A stretch of 64,000 nucleotides of DNA from Octopus bimaculoides (lineage: Eukaryota), in NCBI RefSeq assembly GCF_001194135.2, contig NC_069000.1, forward strand, positions 35,779,405-35,843,404, written 5' to 3'. A model generated the notes under the pieces. The model was given only the letters and a program-made list of their open reading frames with translations. It had not been told where the DNA came from and searched no databases. The stretch's first letter is position 1; every line of letters starts with the position of its first letter. This document shows positions 10,535 through 21,695 of this stretch, one piece after another. A program made the translations under genes and the position numbers.

Positions 10535-10840
10535 GCGCCCCTTTTAAAGCCTAGCGAGGCTCATGGGCCCGGTTTCCCGGTTTCTATGGCGTATGTGTTC
10601 CTCCCAGCTGGACGGGACACCAGTCCATCGCAGCGTTACTCAAGAAACAGGGAGAAAGAGTGAGAGAAAGTTGGGGCGAAAGAGTACAACAGGGGTCGCC
10701 ACCACCCCCTGCCGGAGCCTCGTGGAGCTTTGGGTATTTTCGCTCAATAAACACACACAACACCCGGTCTGGGAATCAAAACCATGATCCTCCGACCGCG
10801 AGTCCGCTGCCATAACCACTGAGCCATTGCGCCTCCACCC
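10535..10840 (-). mobile_element. tRNA-derived SINE family E
   Basis: Minus-strand head GGTGGAGGCGCAATGGCTCAGTGGTTATGGCAGCGGACTCGCGG...GGTTTTGATTCCC; related fragment at about 22910-23090. Confidence 0.7.
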
Positions 10841-11625
10841 TGGATTCACTGTATTGAGAAATAAAAAATGTACAAGATGGGATGGTCATGCCTGGAATGC
10901 TTTTGATCATAGATTTGGTTGATCAGCGCTGACCTGAGTTTAAATAGCAACAAGTAAGCCAAGGTGTAAATTTCTAATTTTATTATCTGTTTATATTTCT
11001 TGAGAAGTTATCATCATCACTCATCATTATCCTCATCATCATCATCATTCTCATCACCATCACTCTTCATCATCATCACTCATCATCATCATCACTCACC
11101 ATCACTCATCATCATCATCATCATCATCATCACTCATCATCATCATCACTCATCATCATATTGATTTCAAATTTTGGCACAAGGCTAGCAATTTCAGGGA
11201 ACAGGGTAAGTTGATTACGTCAACCCCAGTGCTCAACCGGTATTTTTTAATTTTTTATTACTCCAAAAGGATAGAAGGCAAAGTCAACCTCAGTGGAATT
11301 TGAACTCAGAACATGAGGACAAACAAAATGCCACTAAGCATTTTGTCTGGTGTGCTAATGAATCTGCCATCTTTGCCACCTTGGCTTTATCATATTGATT
11401 TCATTTTCATCATCATCGACTTCTGAGGACATAAACAGACCAACACCAGTTGTCAAGCGAAGGGAGATAGACAAAGTCTCTCCCCCCCTCTCTCTCTCAC
11501 ACACACACACACACAACATGGCAACATTCTAATAAACATTCTAATAACTGAAACAAGTAAAAGAATAAAAGATATCTATTTATTTCTGTTATTGTTGAAA
11601 CCCCTTTTCTCACAAATATTTTCAG

Positions 11626-11826
11626 GTCAGTTTCCCTGTAACATTTGTCAGAAGAGATTCAAGACAGAACATTATCTGAAGATGCATGTCCTCATTCACA
11701 GTGGAGAGAAACCATTCCAGTGTGAGTCTTGTGCAGCAGCATTTAACAGGAAGGACAAACTGAAAAGACACATGCTTATTCATGAATCGGTCAAGAAACA
11801 TAAATGTCCATTCAAAAGCTTTACAG
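11626..11826 (+). CDS. ZNF341: ZNF341-like exon W7, two fingers plus the start of a third
   Basis: TTTTCAG acceptor; [20 protein letters not shown]...[29 protein letters not shown]...KCPFKSFT; donor GTGAGA at 11827; phase 1/1. Confidence 0.95.
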
Positions 11827-11845
11827 GTGAGAAGATTTTTCATTT

Positions 11846-12316
11846 TGTTGTGTCTAGGAAGGTAGGTCATTATGCCAATATTATTAACACAACACTGGTT
11901 CAATTCCACTTCTTTATCATTAGTTAATTGGTTAAATATCTAACTAATTGATTGTTTGTTTTACTTGGTTAAACAGTAAGTCATTTGTTTTTTTTTCTGT
12001 CAAAGCTCCTTCTTTGCTATTTGCAACTTTTCCAATGAAGGTAAAAAGTCGTTGAAAAAGGGTTGCAAATAGCAACAAAAGAGCTTTGACAGAGAAACAA
12101 AAACAAAACAAATGACTTACTGTTTAACCAAGTTAAACAAACGTAGGAGTGGCTGTGTGGTAAGTAGCATGCTTACGAACCACATGGTTCCGGGTTCAGT
12201 CCCACTGCGAGGCACCTTGGGCAAGTGCTTCTACTATAGCCTCGGGCCGACCAAAGCCTTGTGAGTGGATTTGGTAGACGAAACTGAAAGAAGCCCATCG
12301 TATATATATATGTATG

Positions 12317-12370
<54 letters not shown>

Positions 12371-12590
12371 AAGTACTAGGCTTACAAAGAATAAGTCCTG
12401 CGGTTGATTTGCTCAACTAAAGGCGGTGCTCCAGCATGGCCACAGTCAAATGACTGAAACAAGTAAAAGAGTAAACAATCAATTAGTTAGTTGGATATTT
12501 AACCAATTGACTGATGATAAAAGGAGTGGAATTGAACCAGTGCATGTGGCAATAATATTAGCATAATGACTTTCCCTTGACACAACATTT
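11846..12590. repeat. Large intronic fold-back element interrupted by a SINE
   Basis: About 11846-12035 is the reverse complement of 12059-12142 joined to 12473-12590. Confidence 0.8.
12143..12472 (+). mobile_element. SINE family A copy, internally deleted
   Basis: Head GTAGGAGTGGCTGTGTGG, (TA)n, tail; flanked by duplicated AAAC inside the fold-back arm. Confidence 0.85.
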
Positions 12591-12665
12591 TCTTTCGACC
12601 CATGAATTCACATAAAGAATTTTGCAAACCAGAGACAAAAACACCCAAGTTTCCTCTCCTAAAAT

Positions 12666-13030
12666 GATCACACCCTTCAGTCTATATTTGATCACTCCCT
12701 TCAATCAAAATCTGATCACTCCCTTCAATCAAAATCTGATCACTCCCTTCAGTCTGTGTTTGATCACTCCCTTCAGTTTATATTTAATCACTTCCTTCAG
12801 TCTATATTCGAACACTCTATTCAGTCTATATGTGATTACTCCCTTCAGTCTATATTTAATCAGTCCCTGAAGGGAGTGATCAAATATAGACCGAAGGGAT
12901 CACTGAGACTAGTATAAGTTTGTCACTCCCTTCAATCAATATTTGATCACTCCCTTCAGTCAATATTTGATCACTCCCTTCAGCCTGTGTTTGATCAGTC
13001 CTTTCAATATAAATTTGATCACTGACTTCA
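12666..13030. repeat. 24-bp minisatellite (~15 units) with an internal inverted segment
   Basis: Unit TGATCACTCCCTTCAGTCTATATT; 12867-12902 reads as its reverse complement. Confidence 0.9.
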
Positions 13031-13065
13031 AGACGTGTCTCACATCAACATATTTTCTTTTGCAG

Positions 13066-14138
13066 GTTGCACAAAAGAGTTTAACAGACCAGATAAGCTG
13101 AAAGCCCACATCATTACTCACAGTGGAGTGAAACCATTTAAATGCAAGGAATGTGGAAAAGGGTTCAGTCGTCGTCCTCACTTGGTGGAACACGAAAGGG
13201 GACACAAAGCAGATTACAGATTCCAGTGCCAGAAATGTGGTCGTGGGTTTTTCAGGCCCAAACTTTTCCACGACCACAAATGCCATCCGGTGAAGTTGGG
13301 AGCAGATCCACAAATATTCCGGCCACGTAACCGACGGAAACTGGGTCGACCTCGCAAACGCATGATCACTGTAACTTCCGAGTCGTTGAACAAGGAAAAC
13401 AGTGGGAAAGGAGTGGCTCCGAAGAGACGTGGACGTCCTCGGAGCAACGCAACATCAGGGGTGACCACTCGGCCAACTGAAAACAGCATAGTACAGCAGG
13501 TTGCATTCAATCACACTACAAATAATAACAACAACAACAACAATAACAACAACAACACACTGCCGAATTCAGAACCCGTTGTGTTAGACACGTCGTCTGC
13601 CATGAATGGGATTTCTGACAAGGCTGGTGCATTGGACATACAAACTAATCCTACAGTTACAGCCACTGCTCTTTCTGGAGCTCAAGTATTAGCTCAGGCA
13701 GCTACTGTTCATCAACCATCTTCTGACAACTCTCTCCAGCAGCTCATTCCAACAGCTACCTCAATAGACAGTTCAGGTAACATAAATGTCAACGTAAATG
13801 GTAACGAACTGTCAGCCAAAGCTACAGATGCAGTGATTGACCATTACGTAGTGCACTTCACAGAATCCACAGACTCGCACGGCACCACCATCCATGCTCA
13901 ACTTATCCCAGCGTACCCATCAGCAGCTTCTGTGATGCCGGCTAACACATCGGCATTGCAGCCCATCACCATTATTGAAGCACAGCCGGTAACTGTGGCA
14001 TTACCTGCAGTGGCCGACACTCCTGCCATACAAGCTGCAACTCTGCCAACAGATGCTCAACAAACATTCACCCATTCTGCTACCTTAGCAGAGTTTGGTA
14101 CCGAAAGTCTGCTTAAAGACACAGATGCTGTCATGTGA
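13066..14138 (+). CDS. ZNF341: ZNF341-like terminal coding exon W8: last fingers, AT-hook-like motifs, low-complexity tail
   Basis: TTTTGCAG acceptor; GCTKEFNRPDKLKAHIITHSGVKPFKCKEC...; open to TGA at 14136-14138. Confidence 0.95.
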
Positions 14139-14661
14139 TACTTGGCAACCTATTGGAAACCAAAGCCTCAGGATTTTATTTTCTGCTATGTCCCCTGTAT
14201 CTCTCTCACTCTGTTTTGTTCTTGTTATCTACTCAGATCAAAAGAAAAACGTTTCATATCATACTGCCATGTTTTCTTAATAACAAATGAATAGTTAAGA
14301 AACTTTCTACACCATGTTAATGTATCTATGCTTTTTATGTGAAATACATTCAGAGTACACTTGAGATATATATATATATATAAGGGCATCCAGCTGTTGA
14401 AACTCTGTCAAATCAGATTGGAGCCTGGTGTAGCCATCTGGTTTCACCAGTCCTCAGTCAAATCGTCCAACCCATGCTAGCATGGAAAGCGGACGTTAAA
14501 CAATGATGATGATGATGATATGTATATATATATGTGTGTATATAGAGTTCCTGTTCCTTGGTTGCCAAACAAAGGACACTACTGATCCTCAACTGTTTTG
14601 CTCCAACAATTAAGAAATGTTTCTGGGGCTCTTGTTAGAAGTGTAAATGCATTCTTTAAAC

Positions 14662-14973
14662 CAGTGGTTCCCAAAGCGGGTGGCATTGCCCTCTGAGGGC
14701 AGTGGAAACTTCCATGGGGGGGGGGCGTTGAAGAAAATTGGGGCAATGATGGGGGTAGCGATTCATGTAAAAAATTGGGGTGATAATAGGGTGGCGATTC
14801 ATGTAAAAACAACAAAATAATGGGTTCATCATGTTTTATTTGAGAAATACAGTTGCTTTGAAGTTGCTTCAGAAAGAGGTCTATGTTTGTGATGGTTAAT
14901 TTGGGCAGGGGACGCTAGGAATGTTGCCTCGGTGTCAAAGCGGCAGCAGCCTGAAAAAATTTGGGAACCACTG
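14662..14973. mobile_element. hAT (Charlie-like) MITE
   Basis: CAGTGGTTCCCAAA...TTTGGGAACCACTG; TSD CTTTAAAC/CTTTAAAT. Confidence 0.85.
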
Positions 14974-15365
14974 CTTTAAATGGATATTGGATATGTTGTT
15001 AACTATTTGAAACTTCCTGTGTTATAATAATGTTGTTTGGCCTGTTTAGGGAAATCTGCAGATGATTAGGAATAGTCAAATAAGGTAGGGGGGAAGGCGG
15101 AATTAAAAAGGGTGACGGGGGGAGGAACTAATCCCTTTGTATATTTATTTCACTGTTCTCCCCCTCCTCCTCCTTTCTCTCTTTACATATCTACACTCCA
15201 CAACAGTGGAAATATTACCATTTGTGAATCCTGGATTTCCAGATACCTAGTCATATTAGATTACATAGTAATTTAATTACTGTGTGACCTGATAGCTCGT
15301 TACTCAGCTGGAGTGCTTACCATGAGTTTTACCGGATTCTCTGAATCTAACTTTCTATAATTTAT

Positions 15366-15464
15366 GAAGTTGATCCTGAAGGTCAACGTACCTTGGCTGT
15401 TATAACTAAACTTGACCTCATGGATGCTCGTACTGATGCTATGGAAGTACTCTGTGGACATATA
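15366..15464 (+). pseudogene. DNM1L: Dynamin-related protein (Drp1/DNM1L-like) GTPase-domain fragment
   Basis: Translates [33 protein letters not shown], matching Drp1 [33 protein letters not shown] with the G4 TKLD motif; in-frame stops upstream; no flanking splice sites. Confidence 0.8.
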
Positions 15465-15795
15465 TTTATATACATACATTACACTCTTGGAGTGAATGGC
15501 ATTAGGAAGGGCATCCAGCTGTAGAAACCATGCCAACTCAGATTGGAACCTGGTGCAGCTCTCCAGCTTACCAGTTCCAGACAAACCGTCTAACCATAGC
15601 CAGCATGGAAGCGCTCCCCAATTTCTTTGTTGTGTACAGCTTAGGTCATAGGTGGGACATGTAAATGTTTGATTTGAAGGGAGTCAGCTGCTACTCTGCA
15701 TGCAAGATTCTTTTCTTGCTTCTCCTGGTAGCATATCATAACTAGAGGAGGTAGACTCGGTTGTATTCTGGCTCATCTTGTTCCAATATAATTAA

Positions 15796-15959
15796 ACCTT
15801 GGGAGAAGCATTATGCCGGTAATAAATACACGCACTGGTTCAGTCCTTTATTAATTTATAAACCGTATTTAAAAACTAAAAACTAAATACTGTTTATAAA
15901 TAAATAAAGGACTGAACCAGTGCGTGTGTTTATTACCGGCATAATGCCTCTCCCAAGGT
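15796..15959. mobile_element. Near-perfect 164-bp palindrome flanked by TTAA (MITE)
   Basis: TTAA|ACCTTGGGAGAAGCATTATGCCGGTAATAAATACACGCACTGGTTCAGTCCTTTATT and its inverse ending CCCAAGGT|TTAA. Confidence 0.75.
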
Positions 15960-16587
15960 TTAATTGTATTTCTTTCAACACACGTATCCACATCAAGAAT
16001 CTTGCACACGAAATACACATACGAAATATGATTGTTCCAATATATTTTTCATTCATGTTATCACTCTGCTATACAGAAGGATGCAAAGGGAAGTGGGAGT
16101 CAATAGGGAACCTTTCCAACTCATTATCTTCAATCCTCTTCAGTATTGTGAACGGCAGGTAGCAATATCTCCTGTAGCTGCTCTTTCATTTTCCTCATTG
16201 CTTCACACTACCTGGCATTTCCTTGGTGCAACTAAATGTAGGGCATCCTGTGAGGGAGAGATTAGTCACACATAGGTACTTCATGTCCATGCCATCTCAG
16301 CTGGTGCCTGTATCATTTGGATTCATTGCTGCTTCTGCTGAATTTCTGTAGGCTTATCATATCTTGTTCAGTAAACTGGAGCAACGTGAAGTAAAATACC
16401 TTGCTCCAGTCCACTCAGCTGACAAGAATTAGTTATACCTGTATTTCAAAGGGCTGGCTTCGTCACAATCTGTATCATGCTGAATCTCCCTTAGAACTAC
16501 TTTAAGGGTATACATGCCTATGGAGTACTCAGCCACTAGCAGATTAATTTCACAAGCAGGATGTTGACTTAGTTGTATGCAGAAATA

Positions 16588-16779
16588 CGAGGGGCTGCTG
16601 AAAAGTTCTGGGTGTTGGGTAAAAAAAAAAAATGATTTTATTCAACATATTCCCCTCTGATTCACACATTTATTGCAGTGGCCCTTTTTTTAAGCCCTGT
16701 GAAAGAACTTGGCAGGTTGGGCCTCCAACCAGGCCTTTCGTAATACCCTTAAAGCCAGGAACTTTTCAGCACCCCCTCA
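16588..16779. mobile_element. mariner-type MITE
   Basis: TA|CGAGGGGCTGCTGAAAAGTTC...GAACTTTTCAGCACCCCCTCA|TA. Confidence 0.75.
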
Positions 16780-18489
16780 TATATTTCAAGCTTTCATGTG
16801 TTGTGAGTCCATAGATCAGCTTTGAAAAGTTCTTTTCCCAATACCTGGTCAGCAGGGTGGGTTTGTGTTTTTAACGGAAAACAAACAGTTGCTTGTACAT
16901 ACAAGTCCCCGCTCTTTCCATGACACTGACCTTGTTCAACAAAAAATTAAAGTAAATAGCTTGGCACTGGTGTTGTCACAGGGGTTGATGTCAGAATGTA
17001 AAGTGTTAACACAGATACAGCAAGTTATCTCGTCTTAAGCTCCAACAGCTCTGCCTACCTCCACTTATCCTGGACTAGACACGACATCTCTCTCTCTCTC
17101 TCTCTCTCTCTCACATACATTCGCACATTTTCACTCCATCTCCCTCTCTCCTTTACTTAGTCACATCCTCCTCTCTCATTCACACACTATACTCTCCTTT
17201 TCCATTCACACACTCTTTCTTCCTTAGTTACAAACTACTCTCTGTTAGTCACTACCCTATCTGTCTCTTACATTCGAAACCCCCTCTCTCATTCTCCGTG
17301 GAAATACATGTGTGATTGCGAATATGCTTATATGTGCATGCATGCATGTGTGTATGTGTGTGTGTGTGATTGGCTTTGTATCACTGTTCTACTCAGTATT
17401 CTTCTATCAAGGGATAGAAAAGAACTCATTATTCCTACACTCTCTGAGTGGTTGGCGTTAGGAAGGGCATCCAGCTGTAGAAACTCTGCCAAATTAGACT
17501 GGAGCCTTGTGTAGCCATCCGGTTTCACCAGTCCTCAGTCAAATCGTCCAACCCATGCTAGCATGGAAGGCGGACGTTAAACGATGATGATGATGATGAT
17601 GATTCCTGCTTGTTAAAATATGAACGAAACTGGTTTGTCTTCTAAAGCTACGGAACATTGTTATTTAAAACAGAATTCCAACAGATCTTTTCACCAACAT
17701 TTCTTGTATTTACCATCAGAATATTTATTAAAATATTTAAAATTCAATGAGAAAAAAATTCAAAAAAAAATAATAATAAATAAATAAATAAATAAAACTG
17801 AACAACCGTAATTGTTTTTAACTTAGGAACTCAGAGAGAAGTTTGTGAGGAGTAGTTGGTTGGTTGGTTGGTTGGTTGGTCAATTAAAACAACCCCAGTA
17901 CTTAGGCACAAAGAAGGTGCATAGCCTAGTGGTTAGGGTATTGTAGTCGTGATCACAAGATCATGGTTTCAATTCCTGGACCGGAATGTGCATTATGATC
18001 TTGAGCAAAACAGCCATGAGTGTGTGGTAAGGGGCTTGCTTCCCAACCACATGGCTCCAGGTTCATTCCAAGATACCACTGCATGGTATCTTGAGCAAGT
18101 GTCTTCTACTATTGCCCCAAGCTGACCAAAGCCTTGTGCGTGGATTTGGTAAACGGAAACTGAAAGAAGCCCATTGTATTGTGTGTGTGTGTTATACACT
18201 CTCTCTTTCCTTTCCTGAGCGTCCAATAATACTATCCATATCACGTCCTCACTTTGTTGTTTTTTTGTTTTTTTGTTATTGTTTTTTTGAACTATATATN
18301 NNNNNNNNNNNNNNNNNNATATATAGGCGTAAGAGTGGCTGTGTGGTAAGTAGCTTGCTTACCAACCACATGGTCCCGGGTTCATTCCCACTGCGTGGCA
18401 CCTTGGGCAAGTGTCTTCTACTATAGCCTCAGGCTGACCAAAGCCTTGTAAGTGGTTTTGGTAGACGGAAATGACTTTTTCAAATGGAA

Positions 18490-19035
18490 CATATTGATGG
18501 CACCTGTACCAGTGGAGCACTAAGAGCACCGTCCAAGCGTGATCGTTGCCAGAGCAGCTGTCTGGCTTCTGTGCCAGTGGTACATAAATAGCACCATCTG
18601 AGCGTGATCGTTACCAGTGTCACCTTCCTGGTACTTGTGCTGGCGGCACATGAAAAGACATTCGAGCCAGGTCATTGCCAGTGCCGCTGGACTGGCTCCT
18701 GTGCGTGCGGCACGTAAAATACACCATTTTGAGCGTAGCCGTTGCCAGTACCGCCTGACTGGCCTTCGTGCCGGTAGCACGTAAAAGCATCCACTACACT
18801 CTTGGAGTGGTTGGCGTTAGGAAGGGCATCCNNNNNNNNNNGGCCTTCGTGCCGGTAGCACGTAAAAGCATCCACTACACTCTTGGAGTGGTTGGCGTTA
18901 GGAAGGGCATCCAGCCGTAGAAACTCTGCCAAATCAGATTGGAGCCTGGTGTAGCCATCTGATTCTCTAGTCCTCAGTAAAATCGTCCAACCCATGCTAG
19001 CATGGAAAGCAGACGTTAAACGATGATGATGATGA
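18490..19035 (+). mobile_element. SINE family C, long copy
   Basis: Same structure as 32690-33105; contains a 10-N gap with duplicated flanks. Confidence 0.8.
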
Positions 19036-19514
19036 AGTTGAAAACTTCATGCCAGTTCCAAGAAAGGAATGTAACTGAAATGGTGACTTTCATGTTTATT
19101 CGTTATATGCTTTGGTTGATTCGAATGCAAAGATGCTAAACATTGTGGTTGCCACAGGAGAACAGTTTCTTTGTGATGTTTATGTGTTTATAACACATTT
19201 GATTCATTAGTACCAGGAATTTTTGGACACCAGTGTTTCAACATGCGAATCAATGATTCATTGATCTGGGTATTTCCAGCTGACAAGACACATGTCCAAA
19301 CATCAATGTCCTAGAATCACTTGTACTAATGAACTGAGTGTGTTATGAGTGCATAGTCGTCGTCAGGGATAAGTTGTCCTCCTGTGATGCGAACAACAAC
19401 AATTAGCATATTTGTTTGAATCTGTTTGGAGCATATTAAAATCAAACATTCAAGTCATCGCTTCAAATCTCACTGGTTGCTATGCATATAACAATATTCT
19501 TTTTTTTTATAATT

Positions 19515-19692
19515 TTTTACTTGTTTCGGTCATTTGACTGCGGCCATGCAGGAGCACCACCTTTAGTCAAACAAACTGAACCCAGGACTTATTCTTTGTA
19601 AGCCTAGTACTTATTCTGTCGGTCTCTTTTACCAAACTGCTAACTTACAGGGATGTAAACACACCAACATCGGGTGGTGGGAGGACACAGAT

Positions 19693-19723
<31 letters not shown>

Positions 19724-19726
19724 AAC

Positions 19727-19788
<62 letters not shown>

Positions 19789-20822
19789 ACGAGGTCTGAT
19801 CAATAAGTATCCGGACTGTTGCCATAGTAATGAAGCTAAAGCATGCTGAGTGAAGCTGCTTGGCACAGATTGACCTTGAACTATGTTGTGCATATGCAGT
19901 AAGTTTTAACATTCTAGCTCACTTCTGCTGTTTACAGCAATGCTTAGAAGGAAGGTGTGTAGCATGTGATTGTTGCATTGACCATGAGAGAGAAAGTTGT
20001 CATGGCAATATCTGCTCAGAGGCCTACGCAAAGTTACAGAAAATGTATGGAGTGGCAATGTATAGAGCTGCACACAAGTGTACAGGTGGTTCAGATTTTC
20101 TAAGATGGCTGAAAAAATGTCGATATTAATAAACATTCTCGGAGATTCGCAACCAGCAGAATTGAAAAAAACATTACAGATGTGAGGGGAAATCATCAAA
20201 TCACTATCCGTGTGTTATCAGAGGATGGGAAGATTATTCATGGTTCAGTTCAGTCCATTATCACAGAAGATTTGGGTATGAGACGCATGTCTGGCAAGTT
20301 TTTGCCAAAACTGCTTTCAGCTTACCAAAAAGACAGTCGGGTTTCAAGTGCACAAGATCTTGATTGTGTCAAGAATGATGAAAACTTTTTGAAAATTTTG
20401 TGTAGGCCTCTGAGTAGATACTGCCAAGCTTTTGGCAAAATTTGATGCAGATTCTCTGCTCAGCTTTTTCAGTCACTATCAATGGGATGATCACACACTA
20501 CACACCTTCCTTCCAAGCACTGTTGTAAACAGCGGAAGTGAGCCAGAATGTTGAAATTTAGTGCACATGCACAGCAGAGTTCAAAGTCAATTTGTGCCAA
20601 ATGGCTTTACTCTCCATGCTTTAGTTTCGTTACTATAGCAACAGTCCGGATACCTATTGATCAGACCACGTGTATACGACGGGCTTCTTTAAGTTTCTGT
20701 CTCCCAAATCCACTTACAAGGCTTTGGTCGAAAGACACTTGTCCAAGGTGCTACACAGTGGGACTGAACCCAGAACCATGTGGTTTGGAAGCAAGCTCCT
20801 TAGGACAGCCACACCTGCACCT
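19515..20822 (-). mobile_element. SINE family A copy split by the mariner insertion
   Basis: 3' half at 19515-19789 and 5' half at about 20673-20822. Confidence 0.8.
19790..20670 (+). mobile_element. Internally deleted mariner element with ~200-bp TIRs
   Basis: TA|CGAGGTCTGATCAATAAGTATCCGGACTG and its inverse at the right end; residual ITIRVLSEDGKIIHGSVQSIITEDLGMRRMSGKFLPKLLS is a mariner HTH/linker region. Confidence 0.85.
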
Positions 20823-21296
20823 GTATATTAAGGTAAATGAAATAACCATTTCAAATGTTGACACATAGCCTATAGTTTTTGAAGGGAGGAGGAAGACAAT
20901 TACAGTTTAATGAGTTTATAGCCCACTAATTTAATGTAAGATTCGGTCATCAGTTTAGTGATTGTATTGCCAGTACGGTGAGTTCACTATCTTCATAGCT
21001 TGTTGCTATAATACAATAGAGCGTCCACAGTCTGGTTGACAAGCATAGTGGGTATGAGAATACCACTACCTTAACATTGTCTGTTGGTTATTGGTTTAAC
21101 AAAAGTTCTTCTCATGTCAGGTTGACTCCATAGTTGTCGGCGATGGAAGTGGCAGACAGACGTCGCCAACTGTGTTCATGTGTTCGATAGCTGTGCGGTG
21201 ATAAACAACAACTTGACTTTTAAGATTATGAAGTTTATTGTAGCAGTGGGTTTTGTACAATGTTATATGCCTTGTATAAGATTTGTGGGTCCAGAT

Positions 21297-21695
21297 GGAC
21301 TACATGTAATCTGAACCTTTCCCCCCTTGTTTTATTTTTTTTTTTACGGAATCCCACGTTTTAGGCTATGGAGATTCCGATTCTGAAAAAAAATTTTCAA
21401 AACTCTCAATTTCAAAATTTCGATCCCCACCCCCGGTTTTTATATAGATCCACAGGGTAAACCTAACCCTAACTCAAACCCTAACCCTAACCCTAACCCT
21501 GACCCTAACCCTGACCCTAACACTAGTTTTGTGAGATTTGGCTGTTATTTCTAGCATGCTTGGTGGTGGTGGGGAATTGAAATTTTTCAAAAATTTTTTT
21601 TTCAGAATCGGAATCTCCATAGCCTAAAACGTGGGATTCCGTAAAAAAAAAAATTAATAAATAAGGGGGGGAAAGGTTCAGATTACATATAGTCC
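21297..21695. mobile_element. MITE with ~120-bp TIRs and internal (CCCTAA)n
   Basis: GGACTACATGTAATCTGAACCTTTCCCCCC...GGGGGGAAAGGTTCAGATTACATATAGTCC; CCCTAA/CCCTGA units at about 21470-21520; no convincing TSD. Confidence 0.75.

Noticed and set aside
12666-13030. CRISPR-like array
   Set aside because: Units are contiguous with no unique spacers, lie in a eukaryotic intron, and no cas genes are present.
123-14138. Member of the octopus-specific expanded C2H2 clusters
   Set aside because: Multi-exon gene with fingers matching the conserved ZNF341 orthogroup and no neighbouring C2H2 paralogues in the window.
18765-18910. Apparent ~67-bp tandem duplication
   Set aside because: Identical copies flank a 10-N gap, typical of unmerged overlapping contig ends.
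21465-21525. Telomere or chromosome-fusion scar
   Set aside because: Short, degenerate CCCTAA runs that lie inside MITEs with TIRs.
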